Source: an uncultured Chloroflexia bacterium
Lineage (GTDB): Bacteria > Chloroflexota > Limnocylindria > Limnocylindrales > CSP1-4
Reading direction: 5' to 3'
Assembly (NCBI GenBank): GCA_963720755.1
Contig: CAVRGP010000006.1
Coordinates: 64,001-128,000 of the forward strand
DNA: 64,000 bases
The notes beneath the pieces were generated by a model. It was given only the letters and a program-made list of their open reading frames with translations, ran no database searches and had not been told where the DNA came from. Position numbers and translations under genes: made by a program. This document shows positions 1-10,627 of the stretch, in pieces; the first letter of the stretch is position 1, and each line of letters starts with the position of its first letter.

Positions 1-2228
1 AACTTGTCCGAGGTCGTGAAGGCGTCCTGGACGTAGATCATCCGCCCCGAGTCGTCGATGACGAGGTATGGGTCCTTGTCGAACAGAAGGAACGGGGCGA
101 TCCGGCTGATCCGATCGTCGAGCGATCGGTGGAACAACAGCTGGCTGTCGCGGGTCACCTGGTCGCTGATGAGCAGGTTGAGGTCCCGGAACCGGAGGGC
201 GAACAGGAGCCGTTGGAAGGTCGTGTCGAGCGGGATCCCGGTCGTCCCGGTCCAGCGCGTCTGGGGGCCGGATCCGCCGGTGGAATCATCGCCGGTCGGG
301 TAATCGAACTCGTCCTGCTGCGCACCGACGACGAGGTAGTTGCTCGGCCGCTCACCGAAATAGATCCTGGGCTGGGTGATCGTCGGGGTCCCGGGGACCG
401 AAACCGGCGGCAGATTGCCGATGAACAGGCGCGGCTGCCCCTCGTTCGTGACTTCGTTCACCGGGACCATCGCGGCCCCGAAGCCATGGGTGTAGACGAT
501 CCGCTGGTTCACCCAGCCCGTGGCGCTCGGGTTCTGCTCCAGCCACAGCTCACGGGCGGACAGCATCACCTGGCGGGGGACCCCGTCGATGGTGTACCGA
601 TCCGTGTCGACGTCGGTGAAGTCGTAGTACTTGCGGACGGTCTGGAGTTGATCGAGTGTCTTCTGCAGGGGTCGGTAATCCCACAAACGTGCGCTCCGGA
701 ACGTATCCGCCTCTGACGTGATCTGCGCCTCGGTCAGGATCTGGTCGCCCTTGAACGGGATATCGGTCCAGTCCCCGAGGTCGTAGGCGAGACGGGTCAT
801 CGCGATGTTGTTGCTGACGTACTGCGCTTCCTGGGCGTTCTGGTTGGGCGTCACGGAGAATCGCTGGATGGCCTCCGGATAGACCCGTCCGACGATGATC
901 GAGGCGAGGAACCAGACGGCGATCGTGAGCCCGAGCGGCCAGATCACCCTCGTGAAGGCGCCACCGACGAGGAACGCGGCGGCCAGCCCGGAGATGACCG
1001 TCAGGATGTCGTACGCGATGAACTGGGCGTTCTGGTCCGTATAGCTGACACCCGTTGCCAGCCCCCGGTTGCTGTACACGAGCTCGAGCTTGTCCAGCTG
1101 ATAGCCGAAGGCCACCGACAGCAGGAACAGCCCGCCGAGGATCGCGAGATGGACCCTCACGGGGGTGGTGAACACGAGGCTGCCATGCGAGGCGCCGATG
1201 AGGTAGCGGGCCAGGGTCACGATCAGGGCGGCCACGACCAGGGTATTGAAGAGGCCCTGGACGAGCCGCAGGAACGGCAACTCGAACAGGAAGAAGCCGA
1301 TATCGCGGTTGAAGACCGGATCGGTCACCGTGGCCGTGGGCGAGAACGGCACCCGATGGATCCACAGCAGCACGGTCTCCCACGCCCCGGACATCGAACC
1401 CCCGATGAGCAGGGCGATGAAGATCGCCACGCCACCGAGCGCCCAGCCGGCGAGCGGTGTGAGATCCGGCAGGTCGCCCATCTCGAATGTGACCGCCTGT
1501 CCGTCCCGCCCGCCACCGACACCGCCGCCGAATGGGGGGCGGCCACCGCCAAAGGCCGATCGTGATCGACCGCGCCCTTCGTCGGCGGCACGAGCCGCCT
1601 CATTGAACCGGGACACGATGGAGCGCAACCCGCCGCCGGTGCCGTCATCCACAGGCGCCATCCGGCCCGCGAGCCAGATGTTGCCGAGGAGGACGACGAG
1701 GGCAAGGACGAACGCACCGACGCCGAGACCGAAGGTGGCGATCAGGCGGGTCCAGAAGACCGAGTCGAAGGACACGCTCTTGTACCACTCGGCGTCCGTC
1801 CAGAGGTCGAGCCCCACGCTGAACAACAGGAAGATCGCGACGACGACCAGGATCGCGACGGTCAGGCCGATCCGGCGACCGGCTCGAGCGGCCCGGCCCG
1901 TCCCACCGTCATCGGGACCTCCGGGCCCACGTCGGCGCGGCGGGGGCCCACCACGCCTTCGGCCGGCCTCGATCGGGATCGGGACGCCTTCGACGTCTTC
2001 GGCGTCTCCGTCGGACTCGACCGACTCGTTGCCGATCGCCTCGTCGCCGTCGACCGTTTCGGGTTCGCCCGCTTCGTCGTCGACCGCTTCGTCCTCGATC
2101 ACGTCATCGTCGTCAGGGCCGTCGTCGGGACGACCTTCATCGCGTCGATCGGCGTCCGGGTCGCGCCCGCGCGCCAGCGCCTCCCGCTTGCGGAGTTCCT
2201 CCATGAAGTCGTCGAAAAGGTCGCGCAT
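1..2228 (-). CDS. UPF0182 family membrane protein (3' partial, runs off window)
   Basis: Read manually from ATG 2228: acidic N-terminus, then LDLWTDAEWYKSVSFDSVFWTRL, DPVFNRDIGFFLFELP and DKDPYLVIDDSGRMIYVQDAFTTSD. Absent from the ORF track because the stop is outside the window. Confidence 0.9.
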   Translation of the reverse strand, partial: MRDLFDDFMEELRKREALARGRDPDADRRDEGRPDDGPDDDDVIEDEAVDDEAGEPETVDGDEAIGNESVESDGDAEDVEGVPIPIEAGRRRGGPPPRRRGPGGPDDGGTGRAARAGRRIGLTVAILVVVAIFLLFSVGLDLWTDAEWYKSVSFDSVFWTRLIATFGLGVGAFVLALVVLLGNIWLAGRMAPVDDGTGGGLRSIVSRFNEAARAADEGRGRSRSAFGGGRPPFGGGVGGGRDGQAVTFEMGDLPDLTPLAGWALGGVAIFIALLIGGSMSGAWETVLLWIHRVPFSPTATVTDPVFNRDIGFFLFELPFLRLVQGLFNTLVVAALIVTLARYLIGASHGSLVFTTPVRVHLAILGGLFLLSVAFGYQLDKLELVYSNRGLATGVSYTDQNAQFIAYDILTVISGLAAAFLVGGAFTRVIWPLGLTIAVWFLASIIVGRVYPEAIQRFSVTPNQNAQEAQYVSNNIAMTRLAYDLGDWTDIPFKGDQILTEAQITSEADTFRSARLWDYRPLQKTLDQLQTVRKYYDFTDVDTDRYTIDGVPRQVMLSARELWLEQNPSATGWVNQRIVYTHGFGAAMVPVNEVTNEGQPRLFIGNLPPVSVPGTPTITQPRIYFGERPSNYLVVGAQQDEFDYPTGDDSTGGSGPQTRWTGTTGIPLDTTFQRLLFALRFRDLNLLISDQVTRDSQLLFHRSLDDRISRIAPFLLFDKDPYLVIDDSGRMIYVQDAFTTSDK

Positions 2229-2257
2229 CCAGCGGCGAGTCTACCTGCCGCGGCCGT

Positions 2258-2716
2258 TCAGGGCCGATGGAGCCCCTCGATGGCGCGGACGAACCCGTCG
2301 AGGACCGTGTCGGCGAGTTCGTTCGGACGCATCGCCGCGGCCCGTGCGGGCTCGAACCGGAATGCGCTCCGGATCGCCAGCGGGACGCGCCATGGATGAA
2401 GCGGATCGTCCGGCGGGGCCACCAGGCCAAGACGCATCTGGAGCCGCCCGCCATCCTCGAGGATCAGACCGGAAAGCGCCCCGCTGAGCGCCGGGCCGAG
2501 CCTGGCCAGCGGCGGGTCCGGCGGCGGCCCGGCGGTCGGGGCCACATCCCGGAAACACACCACGCCTTCGTCATCGACGACCCAGACGACGGCCAGCCAC
2601 CAGCCATCCGGCGCCCCGGATGGTCGTCCCATCCCCGCACGGTAGGTCGTGTCGCCGGCCCGGACCGGGCGCTCACGGAGATACGACGGACCGGGTGGCG
2701 GCAGGCGTTCGGGCAT
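2258..2716 (-). CDS. hypothetical protein
   Basis: 152-aa ORF, co-oriented and tightly packed with its neighbours; no recognisable motif. Confidence 0.6.
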   Translation of the reverse strand: MPERLPPPGPSYLRERPVRAGDTTYRAGMGRPSGAPDGWWLAVVWVVDDEGVVCFRDVAPTAGPPPDPPLARLGPALSGALSGLILEDGGRLQMRLGLVAPPDDPLHPWRVPLAIRSAFRFEPARAAAMRPNELADTVLDGFVRAIEGLHRP

Positions 2717-2732
2717 CGGGTCGGCGTGCGGG

Positions 2733-3461
2733 TCAGGCCGGCCCGGGATCCTCGGGCTGAGGAGGAGCGGGGTCGGACGTCATGGCATCCACCCGGGCCT
2801 GGAGTTCGGCGATCTGCGCCTCGAGTTCGCGTCGCATCCGCTCGCGCTCCGCCTCTGCCTCTGCCTCCGCTGCCGCTGACTCCGCGCCTGGCGCGGGTGG
2901 AGCGTCGACGGCAACGGCATCGCTCGGCTCGGTGGCGACCTCGGCAGCCTCAGGTTCCACGACCGGCGCCGTCGGATCGGCCGTGGCAGGTCCACCCGCG
3001 TCGACGACCGCCTCGGTCGCCTCGTCGGGCGTCTCGGCCGTCGCTTCGAGGGCCAACTCGTCCGTCGTCTCACGCATCCCCAATTCGACCAGGGCGTCCG
3101 CGGCGATGGCGGCCGCCTCGGCCTGCAGGTCGGCCAGTTCCGCCTCAAGTTGCAGGCGGAGGATCTCCTGCTGGACGGCCAGATCGGGCGGCGCCACGGC
3201 CAGGGCTTCTGCCTTGGACGGGACGTCGTCAGCGTAGTCTCCGCTGATCCACGACAGCAGCCGACTCCGAGGTCGCGCCTTGATCTCGGGGCGCGTGGCG
3301 CGCACGTCCACGCTGGTCAGCCCGGGCATATCCGATTCGTCGGTCGGGATGAGTTGCGCACCACACGATGGACAATCCGCCATCGTCGGCTCAAGGGTCG
3401 CGGAGCACCACGAGCAGACCAGGTCCGGGGATCGGTCGGAAGACTGGGTCGATTGGGCCAT
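2733..3461 (-). CDS. zinc-ribbon (CxxC...CxxC) protein with coiled-coil and acidic regions
   Basis: CSWC-x9-CPSC near the N-terminus, coiled-coil-like segments, TACGAT 7 nt before the ATG. Confidence 0.7.
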   Translation of the reverse strand: MAQSTQSSDRSPDLVCSWCSATLEPTMADCPSCGAQLIPTDESDMPGLTSVDVRATRPEIKARPRSRLLSWISGDYADDVPSKAEALAVAPPDLAVQQEILRLQLEAELADLQAEAAAIAADALVELGMRETTDELALEATAETPDEATEAVVDAGGPATADPTAPVVEPEAAEVATEPSDAVAVDAPPAPGAESAAAEAEAEAERERMRRELEAQIAELQARVDAMTSDPAPPQPEDPGPA

Positions 3462-3527
3462 GGGCGAAATCGTACCGCGTCGCCGCGCGCTGACGATGGC
3501 CCATCCGTCATGGGACGGGCAGGACGG

Positions 3528-5324
3528 TCACTCCCATTCGATCGTCGCCGGCGGCTTCGAACTGATGTCGTACACCACACGGTTCACACCCGGGACTTCG
3601 TTGACGATCCGCGAGGAGATCTTGCCCAGCACGTCATACGGCAGCTTGGCCCAATCGGCGGTCATGCCGTCCTCGCTGGTGACCGCCCGGATGGCGACGA
3701 CGTTGGCATACGTCCGCCCATCACCCATGACCCCGACCGAGCGGACCGGGGTGAGGATCGCGAAGGACTGCCACAGACTTCGGTACAGCCCGGCGCCCTT
3801 GATCTCATCGATGACGATCCAGTCCGCCTCGCGCAACGTGTCGAGGCGGGCGGCGGTCACCTCCCCGATGATCCGGATCGCCAGGCCCGGGCCCGGGAAC
3901 GGTTGCCGAAGGACCATCGCTTCGGGCAACCCCAGCTCCAGGCCGACCTTGCGGACTTCGTCCTTGAACAAGTAACGAAGTGGTTCGATCAACTGGAACC
4001 GAAGGTCGGCCGGAAGGCCGCCGACGTTGTGATGGGTCTTGATCTTCTGGGCGGTCTTGGTCTCGGACGTGGCCGACTCGATAACGTCGGGGTAGAGCGT
4101 CCCCTGGGTCAGGAAGTCGATGCTGCCGAGCCTGGCGGCTTCCTCCTCGAAGACCCGGATGAATTCATCGCCGATGATCCGCCGCTTCTCTTCCGGATCC
4201 TCCACGCCGGCCAGCCGGGCGAGGAACCGCTCGCGAGCGTCGACCATCACCAGGTTCATCCCGAGATCGCGCTCGAAGGTCACCCGGAGCAGTTCGGACT
4301 CCTTCTTGCGCATCAAGCCGTGATCCACGTAGATGCAGGTCAGCCGATCACCGACGGCGCGGTGGACGAGGGCCGCGGCGACGGCCGAATCGACCCCGCC
4401 GGACAGGGCGCAGATGACGAGGCCGTCCGAACCCGTCCTGGCGGCATGGCCGTCGACACGCTCACGGATCCCGGCGACCGTGGTATCGATGAAGTTGGCG
4501 GCCGTCCAGGTCGGGTCGATCCCGGCGATCCCCACGACGAAGTTGCGGAGGACCTGACGGCCGCGAGGCGTGTGGACGACTTCCGGATGGAACTGGATCC
4601 CATACAGGTCGCGGTCCGGCGCGGCCAGCCCGGCGTACGGCGAGGAATCGGACTGCGCGGTCGCGTGGAACCCCTCGGGCAGGCGGGTGATCGAGTCCCC
4701 ATGGCTCATCCAGACCGGCTGGTCGCGATCGAGATCGGTGAACAGGCCGTCCTCGGCCGTGATCGTGACGTTCGCCGGACCGTACTCGCGCCGGTCGGCC
4801 GGGAGCACGTCACCGCCGAATTCGAGCGCCATCAGCTGGGCCCCGTAGCAGATCCCGAGGACCGGTATCCGGCCCGACCAGATGGCCGGATCCGGACGGG
4901 GCGCATCGGGGTCGTAGACCGACATCGGTCCGCCAGACAGGATGATGGCTCGAGTGCCGCGCCGTTCGAGCTCCGCCAGCGGCGTGTCGTGCGGCAGTAG
5001 CTCGGAATAGACGTCGAGTTCGCGGACACGGCGCGCGATCAGCTGCGCGAACTGGCTACCGAAATCGAGGACGGCGACCGTCGGCGTGGTCGTCGCGCCA
5101 GCCGGCCGATCATCGGGCGAGCGGGCGGGTGACGGTGCCTTCAGGGCGGTCTCGAGATAGACCTCGACCTCGGCGTCATCGGGGGCCAGGACGCGATGTC
5201 CGGCATTGGCCTGCTCCCCGTGGACGGTCTTGCCCCGTTGTCTGGACTCGTCGGGCACGGGATCGTCCGTCCCCTCGCCGCTCCCGGGAGCGGGTTCCCC
5301 TGTCGTGTCGGTCGCCTCGGTCAT
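3528..5324 (-). CDS. guaA: GMP synthase (glutamine-hydrolysing) with ~80-aa N-terminal extension
   Basis: [37 protein letters not shown] and C-terminal [10 protein letters not shown]. Start at ATG 5324 is uncertain. Confidence 0.97.
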   Translation of the reverse strand: MTEATDTTGEPAPGSGEGTDDPVPDESRQRGKTVHGEQANAGHRVLAPDDAEVEVYLETALKAPSPARSPDDRPAGATTTPTVAVLDFGSQFAQLIARRVRELDVYSELLPHDTPLAELERRGTRAIILSGGPMSVYDPDAPRPDPAIWSGRIPVLGICYGAQLMALEFGGDVLPADRREYGPANVTITAEDGLFTDLDRDQPVWMSHGDSITRLPEGFHATAQSDSSPYAGLAAPDRDLYGIQFHPEVVHTPRGRQVLRNFVVGIAGIDPTWTAANFIDTTVAGIRERVDGHAARTGSDGLVICALSGGVDSAVAAALVHRAVGDRLTCIYVDHGLMRKKESELLRVTFERDLGMNLVMVDARERFLARLAGVEDPEEKRRIIGDEFIRVFEEEAARLGSIDFLTQGTLYPDVIESATSETKTAQKIKTHHNVGGLPADLRFQLIEPLRYLFKDEVRKVGLELGLPEAMVLRQPFPGPGLAIRIIGEVTAARLDTLREADWIVIDEIKGAGLYRSLWQSFAILTPVRSVGVMGDGRTYANVVAIRAVTSEDGMTADWAKLPYDVLGKISSRIVNEVPGVNRVVYDISSKPPATIEWE

Positions 5325-5417
5325 CGGTCGATGCCGCCCTCCCCTGCGTTCAGGACGCCAGTGTACGGGACGACCCCCGGGCACCGGGCGATCCACCGGG
5401 TACCCTGCGAGCCTGGC

Positions 5418-5801
5418 TCAGCCACGGTTGCGCATCGCCTCCGCCGCCATCGCGAAGTACGCATCCAGCTCGGTCGCGACGTCGGCCTCAGGTCCGAGCT
5501 CGGCGATCGCCGCCCGCATGTGGACGAGCCATCGATCGCGCTCGCCCGGACCGATCGCGAACGGCGCATGACGCATCCGCAGCCGCGGGTGACCACGCTC
5601 CTGGTCGTAGGTCGACGGGCCGCCCCAGTACTGGATCAGGAAGAGGGTCAGACGATGTCGCGCCCCGGCCAGATCGGGCTCCGGATACAACGGCCGGATC
5701 GCCTCGTCGTCGGCGACGCCGTCGTAGAACCGACTGACGAGCCGCTCGAAGAACGTCGTCCCGCCGGCTCGCTCGTACAGAGTCGGTCCGTCGCTGGTCA
5801 T
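5418..5801 (-). CDS. group II truncated hemoglobin (GlbO-like)
   Basis: TLYERAGG...FY...FLIQYWGGPSTYDQERGHPRLRMRH; ATGA overlap with the upstream gene. Confidence 0.92.
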   Translation of the reverse strand: MTSDGPTLYERAGGTTFFERLVSRFYDGVADDEAIRPLYPEPDLAGARHRLTLFLIQYWGGPSTYDQERGHPRLRMRHAPFAIGPGERDRWLVHMRAAIAELGPEADVATELDAYFAMAAEAMRNRG

Positions 5802-6256
5802 CGCTCGAGCCGGAACCTGAGCGCCTCGAGGTCGAGGGCAGCCGCGCGCCGGGCCTGTGGCGCGACCATCGATTCGAACATCCGATAGCGCAACGGCAGG
5901 CCGACCCGGACCGACCAGCGAAGCCGGGTCCTTGGCCCGTCCTCCGCCAACCCATCGGCGACGAGCACGGCATCGATCTCGATCGTCACGCCGTCGACGT
6001 CCCGGCCCCGGAGGCCGAAGGCCGCATCGGTCGCCAGAACGGTCACCGCACCGTCGAGCAGGGTCGATCGTCCGGCGACCGTCTGGGAGATCCGCAGCCG
6101 TGACCCGGCGGCGATCGGCCCGGCGTCGAGTCGTTCCACGCCGGTGATCCCGGAGGCGATCAGCCAGGCCGGCCAGCGCTCGACATCGGTCAGGGCCGTG
6201 AAGACATCTGTCGGCGGGCGTGCGATCGTCGTCTCGATCTCGACCGAGATCGTCAT
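5798..6256 (-). CDS. SRPBCC/polyketide cyclase-like protein
   Basis: VEIETTIARPPTDVFTALTDVERWPAW N-terminal signature; ATGA overlaps at both ends. Confidence 0.85.
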   Translation of the reverse strand: MTISVEIETTIARPPTDVFTALTDVERWPAWLIASGITGVERLDAGPIAAGSRLRISQTVAGRSTLLDGAVTVLATDAAFGLRGRDVDGVTIEIDAVLVADGLAEDGPRTRLRWSVRVGLPLRYRMFESMVAPQARRAAALDLEALRFRLER

Positions 6257-6615
6257 CGTGGCCGGCTCGTGTCGGGGGCCAGCCGGATCCGGAAGCTCGG
6301 ACCGCTGCCCAGGCTCTCCGCCGGCGTCCCATAGTGGATGATCAGCGCCGCGACCGCCCGCCCGTGGTCGGCCCGCTCGAGGAGTTCGGCGACGCCATCG
6401 AACGCGCGCGAACCGATCGTGACCCGGCAGGCGGGATCCTCGACCAGGTTGGCGGCCCAGGCGCTGTCCGACGCCCCGGAAGCGACGAGGATCGCGCTCG
6501 ACGGCGCGGCCGGATCGTCCACGTATCCGACGGTCACGGTGCGCACCGTGCCGGACCGGCGACCGCGAGTCTCGATCCGGGCATATCGGCCGGACGCGAC
6601 GAGCTCGGCATCCAT
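6253..6615 (-). CDS. deazaflavin (F420)-dependent nitroreductase-family protein
   Basis: IETRGRRSG...W..NL..DP motif; own RBS AGGAGG before ATG 6615. Confidence 0.8.
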   Translation of the reverse strand: MDAELVASGRYARIETRGRRSGTVRTVTVGYVDDPAAPSSAILVASGASDSAWAANLVEDPACRVTIGSRAFDGVAELLERADHGRAVAALIIHYGTPAESLGSGPSFRIRLAPDTSRPR

Positions 6616-6635
6616 CGCCTCCTGATCGGAAGGGA

Positions 6636-7833
6636 TCAGCGGCTCCGCTGCCAGGACTTGCCTTCGGTCTGGGTGGACGGCGCGTAGACCATCTCGACCC
6701 GCTGCATGTCGCGGATCGATCGGGCCCCCAGCGCAGCCATCGACTGGCGCAGGGCGCCGACCAGGTTCTCCGATCCATCGGTCACGTGGGCGGGGCCGAA
6801 CAGGATGCGCTCCAGCGACCCGACCGTCCCGACCTTGATCCGGGTCCCGCGCGGGAGGGTCGGCGACGGGTGCCGCCATCCCCCAGTTCATACCCCGGCC
6901 GGGAGCTTCCTCGGCTCGCGCCAGTGGCGAACCGATCATCAACGCATCGGCCCCTGCCGCGATGGCCTTGGCCAACTCGCCACCCCGGCGCATCCCGCCG
7001 TCCGCGACGACCGGGACGTAGCGGCCCGTCTCGGCGAAATAGGCGTCGCGGGCGGCGGCGACGTCGCTGATCGCGGTGACCTGCGGGACCCCGATCCCGA
7101 GGACCTCACGGGTCGTGCAGGCGGCGCCAGGGCCGACGCCGACGAACACCGCGGCGGCTCCCTGCTCCATCAAGGCGAACGCCGCCTCGGCGTTGGTCGT
7201 GTTGCCGACAGCCACCGGGATGGGCAGCTCGCGCGCGAAGTCCGCGAGCGACAGCGGCTCGTACTCGGTGGCGATGTGACGCGCCGACGAGACCTGGCTC
7301 TGGACCAGGAACAGGTCCGCGCCATGGTCGGCGCAGTACGACCCGAACCGGCGGGCGACCCCGGGCGTCGCGGCGACCGCCGCCGGCGACCCGAGCTGGT
7401 GGATCTCGTCCAGCCGCCGAGCGATGAGTCCTTCGCGGATCGGCTGCTGGTACACCTCGGCGAGGACGGCCTGGACATCGGCGTCGGCGGCGGTCGCGAT
7501 CCGCTGGAGGATCGTGTCGGGCTCGTCGTAGCGCGTCTGGACGCCCTCGAGGTTCAGGATCGCCAGACCACCGAGCCCGGCGAGCACGCCCGCGAAGGCC
7601 GGATCCACGACGGCGTCCATCGCCGAGGCGAGGATCGGGACCCGGAGCTCGATGCCGGCGAACGACTGGGACAGCTCGACGTCACTGGGCTCGATCGTGT
7701 CGGTGCCCGGGGCGAGCGAGACGTCGTCGAACCCGTAGGTCGGACGGATCGTGTCCACCTTCGAATGGAAGACCCGGCGCAAGGCGGCCGTCGCGATCCC
7801 CGGGTTCATTGGCGCTGCGCTTCGGTCGATCAC
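6636..7833 (-). CDS. guaB: GuaB3-family IMP dehydrogenase-related protein (apparent +1 frameshift at 6868-6870)
   Basis: YGFDDVSLAP, SAMD, GVGPGAACTTR and ADGGM motifs. Removing one base at 6868-6870 restores PSPTLPRGTRI...LRQSM...TEGKSWQRSR* ending at 6636. Confidence 0.88.
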
Positions 7834-7881
7834 GTGGCCCTCCTGTGCCGCCTCACGAGGGCTGCCGGCCCTCCGCCGAGT

Positions 7882-8418
7882 CTACCAGCGCGTCAGCTTC
7901 GGCGACCGGTGGTCGGATTCGGCCCGGTCGCCCGACAGGGTGAGCTCGAACCAGGCGGCTCGCTCCGGCTCCGACAGGTCGTCCCGGATCCGCTCGATGG
8001 CCGTCCGGTAGCCGGGCCAGATCACCTGTTGATGCGCCTCGTCCAGATCGTGCCAGCGGAGATCGTCATGCTCGGCGGACAGGTGTGCCTCAGCCTCGGG
8101 ACGGAGGCGAACGGCGAAGACGGCTGCGGTCACGATCGCGTCGTAGGACGGCTCATGGAACTGGTTGACCAGGTCGAGATCGTAGAACGCCTCGATCGCA
8201 TCGGGTCCGAACCCGGTCTCCTCCCGGAGTTCCCGGAGCGCGCCGGCCGTCACGCGTTCTCCCGGTTCGAGCGTGCCGGACACGCACTGCCACAGGCCGG
8301 GCAGGATCCGTCCGGGCGCCCGGCGCAGCAGGAGGATCTCGGGACGCTCCACGTCACGGGCGGTCAGCCCGACCCGGAAGACCCAGCAATCGACGATATC
8401 CGGTCGGAACGGGCTCAT
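7882..8418 (-). CDS. NUDIX hydrolase
   Basis: Nudix box GTLEPGERVTAGALRELREETGF plus SAEH. Confidence 0.92.
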   Translation of the reverse strand: MSPFRPDIVDCWVFRVGLTARDVERPEILLLRRAPGRILPGLWQCVSGTLEPGERVTAGALRELREETGFGPDAIEAFYDLDLVNQFHEPSYDAIVTAAVFAVRLRPEAEAHLSAEHDDLRWHDLDEAHQQVIWPGYRTAIERIRDDLSEPERAAWFELTLSGDRAESDHRSPKLTRW

Positions 8419-8461
8419 CGCATCGAACCTGCGGGCGGGTCCGGTCGTTCGATGTGGCGGG

Positions 8462-8791
8462 TCACAGTCGCTCGAAGCGTTCGACCGGCATGACGAAGAC
8501 CGTCGCGCCGCCGACCTCCACCTCGAGCGGATACGGCATGAAGAACTCGCCAGGTTCCATGATCGGCGGCATCGGGTTCATGACCTGGGTGCGGGAGGTG
8601 CAGTTCGCCCGGACGATGCCGATCACCTCGTCGACGTCACCGTCCTCCACGCCGAGGATGATCGTCGCGTTGGATTGCTTCAGGAACCCGCCCGAGCTCT
8701 GGAGACGGGTCGCCCGGAATTCCTTGTCGAGCAGGGCAGTGACGAGAGCGCCGGCGTCCTCGCTGTGGACGATGGCAACGACAAGCTTCAC
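8462..8791 (-). CDS. darA: cyclic-di-AMP receptor DarA/PstA (PII-like)
   Basis: 109 aa: MKLVVAIV..ED, RATRL.SSGGFL...NAT, VEVGGATVFV; lies near tmk as in other bacteria. Confidence 0.92.
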   Translation of the reverse strand: MKLVVAIVHSEDAGALVTALLDKEFRATRLQSSGGFLKQSNATIILGVEDGDVDEVIGIVRANCTSRTQVMNPMPPIMEPGEFFMPYPLEVEVGGATVFVMPVERFERL

Positions 8792-8903
8792 GGGCGGAGT
8801 ATCGACGCCGAGCGTGTCCCGGGTCAATGCATGGCCCTCGCGGCGGTCGAGGCGTGGCCGTCGCGGTGTACGATGCGTCCCCTACCTAGCGCAGGAGTCC
8901 GCC

Positions 8904-9923
8904 GTGCCCGACGACCGACAACCCAGCGATCCCAGGCTTGCCATCTCCGCGGCCATCGAGGCTCTCGCGACAGGGGTCGATCTCGAAGTGATCCTCGACG
9001 GGATCCTGGCAACCGCGGTCGGCGCGACACGATCCGCGATGGCCGCCATCGTCGTCTCCGATCCCGACCGGCAGGGCCTCCAGATCATGGCCTCCAGCGG
9101 GATGGACGCATCGGCCGTCAGTCGCCTGTCGGATGAGATCGGCGATCCCGCCCATCCGTTCGCGACCGCAGCCATGCTGCGCGAGACGACCTTCGACCGA
9201 GCGGCGACCACGCCGGACGGCGCCGCCTTCGTCGGCGCCTACCTTCCGTTGATGGTGACGACCGGCGGTGTGGAGGCTTCGATCGGGTCGCTCGGCCTCG
9301 GCTGGCCAGGGCCTAGAACCCTCGACGACCCGGAGCGCGAGCTGCTGACCGCCATCGCCTCACTCGCGGCGATCGCCATCGATCGGGCGCGACTCGCATC
9401 CACCGCGGCCGAACGGTCCGAATGGTTCGAGCGGATGGCGCACACCGATCCGCTGACCGGCCTGGCCAACGAGCGGACGGTCGGTCGCATCCTCGAGACC
9501 GAACTCGCCCGCGCTGCACGGCAGGGCGGCGAGGTGTCGTTCGCCATCCTCGACGTCGACGACTTCCAGGCGACCAACCTCGAAGGCGGCCACGACGCCG
9601 GCGACGACGTCCTCCGCCGGGTCGCTGCGGTCCTCGCCGAATCGGTCAGGCTTGTCGACACCGTCGGTCGGATCGGCGGGGACGAATTCGTCCTGATCGC
9701 GCCCGGCGCGGCCGGGACCGTCGTCGCCGAGCGAGTCCTGGCCGGGATCGCGGCGCTGCCGGCGGTGGCCGGCCGGCCGATCACCGTATCGGCCGGGGTC
9801 GCTCGCTTCCCCGCCGACGGGGCGGACGCCCAGGCGCTCATCGCGGCGGCGACAGCTGGCCTGGAGCGAGCCCGAAGCGACGGCCGTGGCAAGGTCGGCT
9901 CCGCGTTGGGCGCGGACGCCTAA
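8904..9923 (+). CDS. GAF-GGDEF diguanylate cyclase
   Basis: GAF-like N-terminus, TDPLTGLAN, DVDDF, RxxD (RLVD) I-site and intact GGDEF; RBS AGGAG before GTG 8904. Confidence 0.92.
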   Translation: MPDDRQPSDPRLAISAAIEALATGVDLEVILDGILATAVGATRSAMAAIVVSDPDRQGLQIMASSGMDASAVSRLSDEIGDPAHPFATAAMLRETTFDRAATTPDGAAFVGAYLPLMVTTGGVEASIGSLGLGWPGPRTLDDPERELLTAIASLAAIAIDRARLASTAAERSEWFERMAHTDPLTGLANERTVGRILETELARAARQGGEVSFAILDVDDFQATNLEGGHDAGDDVLRRVAAVLAESVRLVDTVGRIGGDEFVLIAPGAAGTVVAERVLAGIAALPAVAGRPITVSAGVARFPADGADAQALIAAATAGLERARSDGRGKVGSALGADA

Positions 9924-10567
9924 CCCACCAGCCCGTCGACGGCGGCAGCAGCGGCAGCAGCCACAAGGTCCGCCGAGGCCGCAGCGTCGATCACCACGAA
10001 CCGGTCGGGTTCGGCGACAGCCAACTCGAGGAACCCGGCGCGCACGCGACGGTGGAATGCCAGATCGAATTCAGCCTCGAACCGAGTCACGTCGTCGGGC
10101 GCCTTTCGGGCGAGGCCATCCTCGACGGGCAGGTCGAGCAGGATCGTCAGATCGGGCCGCAGACCGTCCGTCGCGGCGGCTTCGAGCAGGCGCAGCTCGG
10201 CGAGCGGGATCCCGGCGCCGTACCCCTGGTAGGCCAGGGTGGAGTCGGCGAACCGGGCGCACAGGACGGTCCGGCCGGCCGCAAGTGATGGACGGATCAC
10301 CTCGGTCACGAGCTGCCGGCGGGCTGCGCTGAACAGGAGGGCGTCGGTCAATGGGTCGGTCGCGGCTGCTGCATCGGTCCTGGCCAGGATGACCTCGCGG
10401 ATCCGTTCACCGAGCCATGTCCCGCCCGGTTCCCGAGTCACATGGACGTCGAGGCCGATCCGCTCGAAGTGCGCAGCCAGTGCCGTCGCCTGCGTCGTCT
10501 TCCCGGCGCCCTCCGGTCCTTCGATGGTGATGAACCAGCCGCGGGACGGCGTGCCAGGGCGAGTCAC
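9920..10567 (-). CDS. tmk: thymidylate kinase
   Basis: FITIEGPEGAGKTTQ, TREPGGT, RFADSTLAYQG and PDLTILLD. Confidence 0.95.
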   Translation of the reverse strand: MTRPGTPSRGWFITIEGPEGAGKTTQATALAAHFERIGLDVHVTREPGGTWLGERIREVILARTDAAAATDPLTDALLFSAARRQLVTEVIRPSLAAGRTVLCARFADSTLAYQGYGAGIPLAELRLLEAAATDGLRPDLTILLDLPVEDGLARKAPDDVTRFEAEFDLAFHRRVRAGFLELAVAEPDRFVVIDAAASADLVAAAAAAAVDGLVG

Positions 10568-10627
10568 TGATCGAGTGTAGCCGACCCGTCGGCACCGGCC
10601 GATCGCCACTTGGCCGAAGATACGCCC

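Noticed and set aside
6253-7833. Apparent IMPDH-nitroreductase fusion (526-aa ORF)
   Set aside because: Produced by a 1-nt frameshift. The true GuaB3 C-terminus is in another frame, and the downstream gene has its own RBS.
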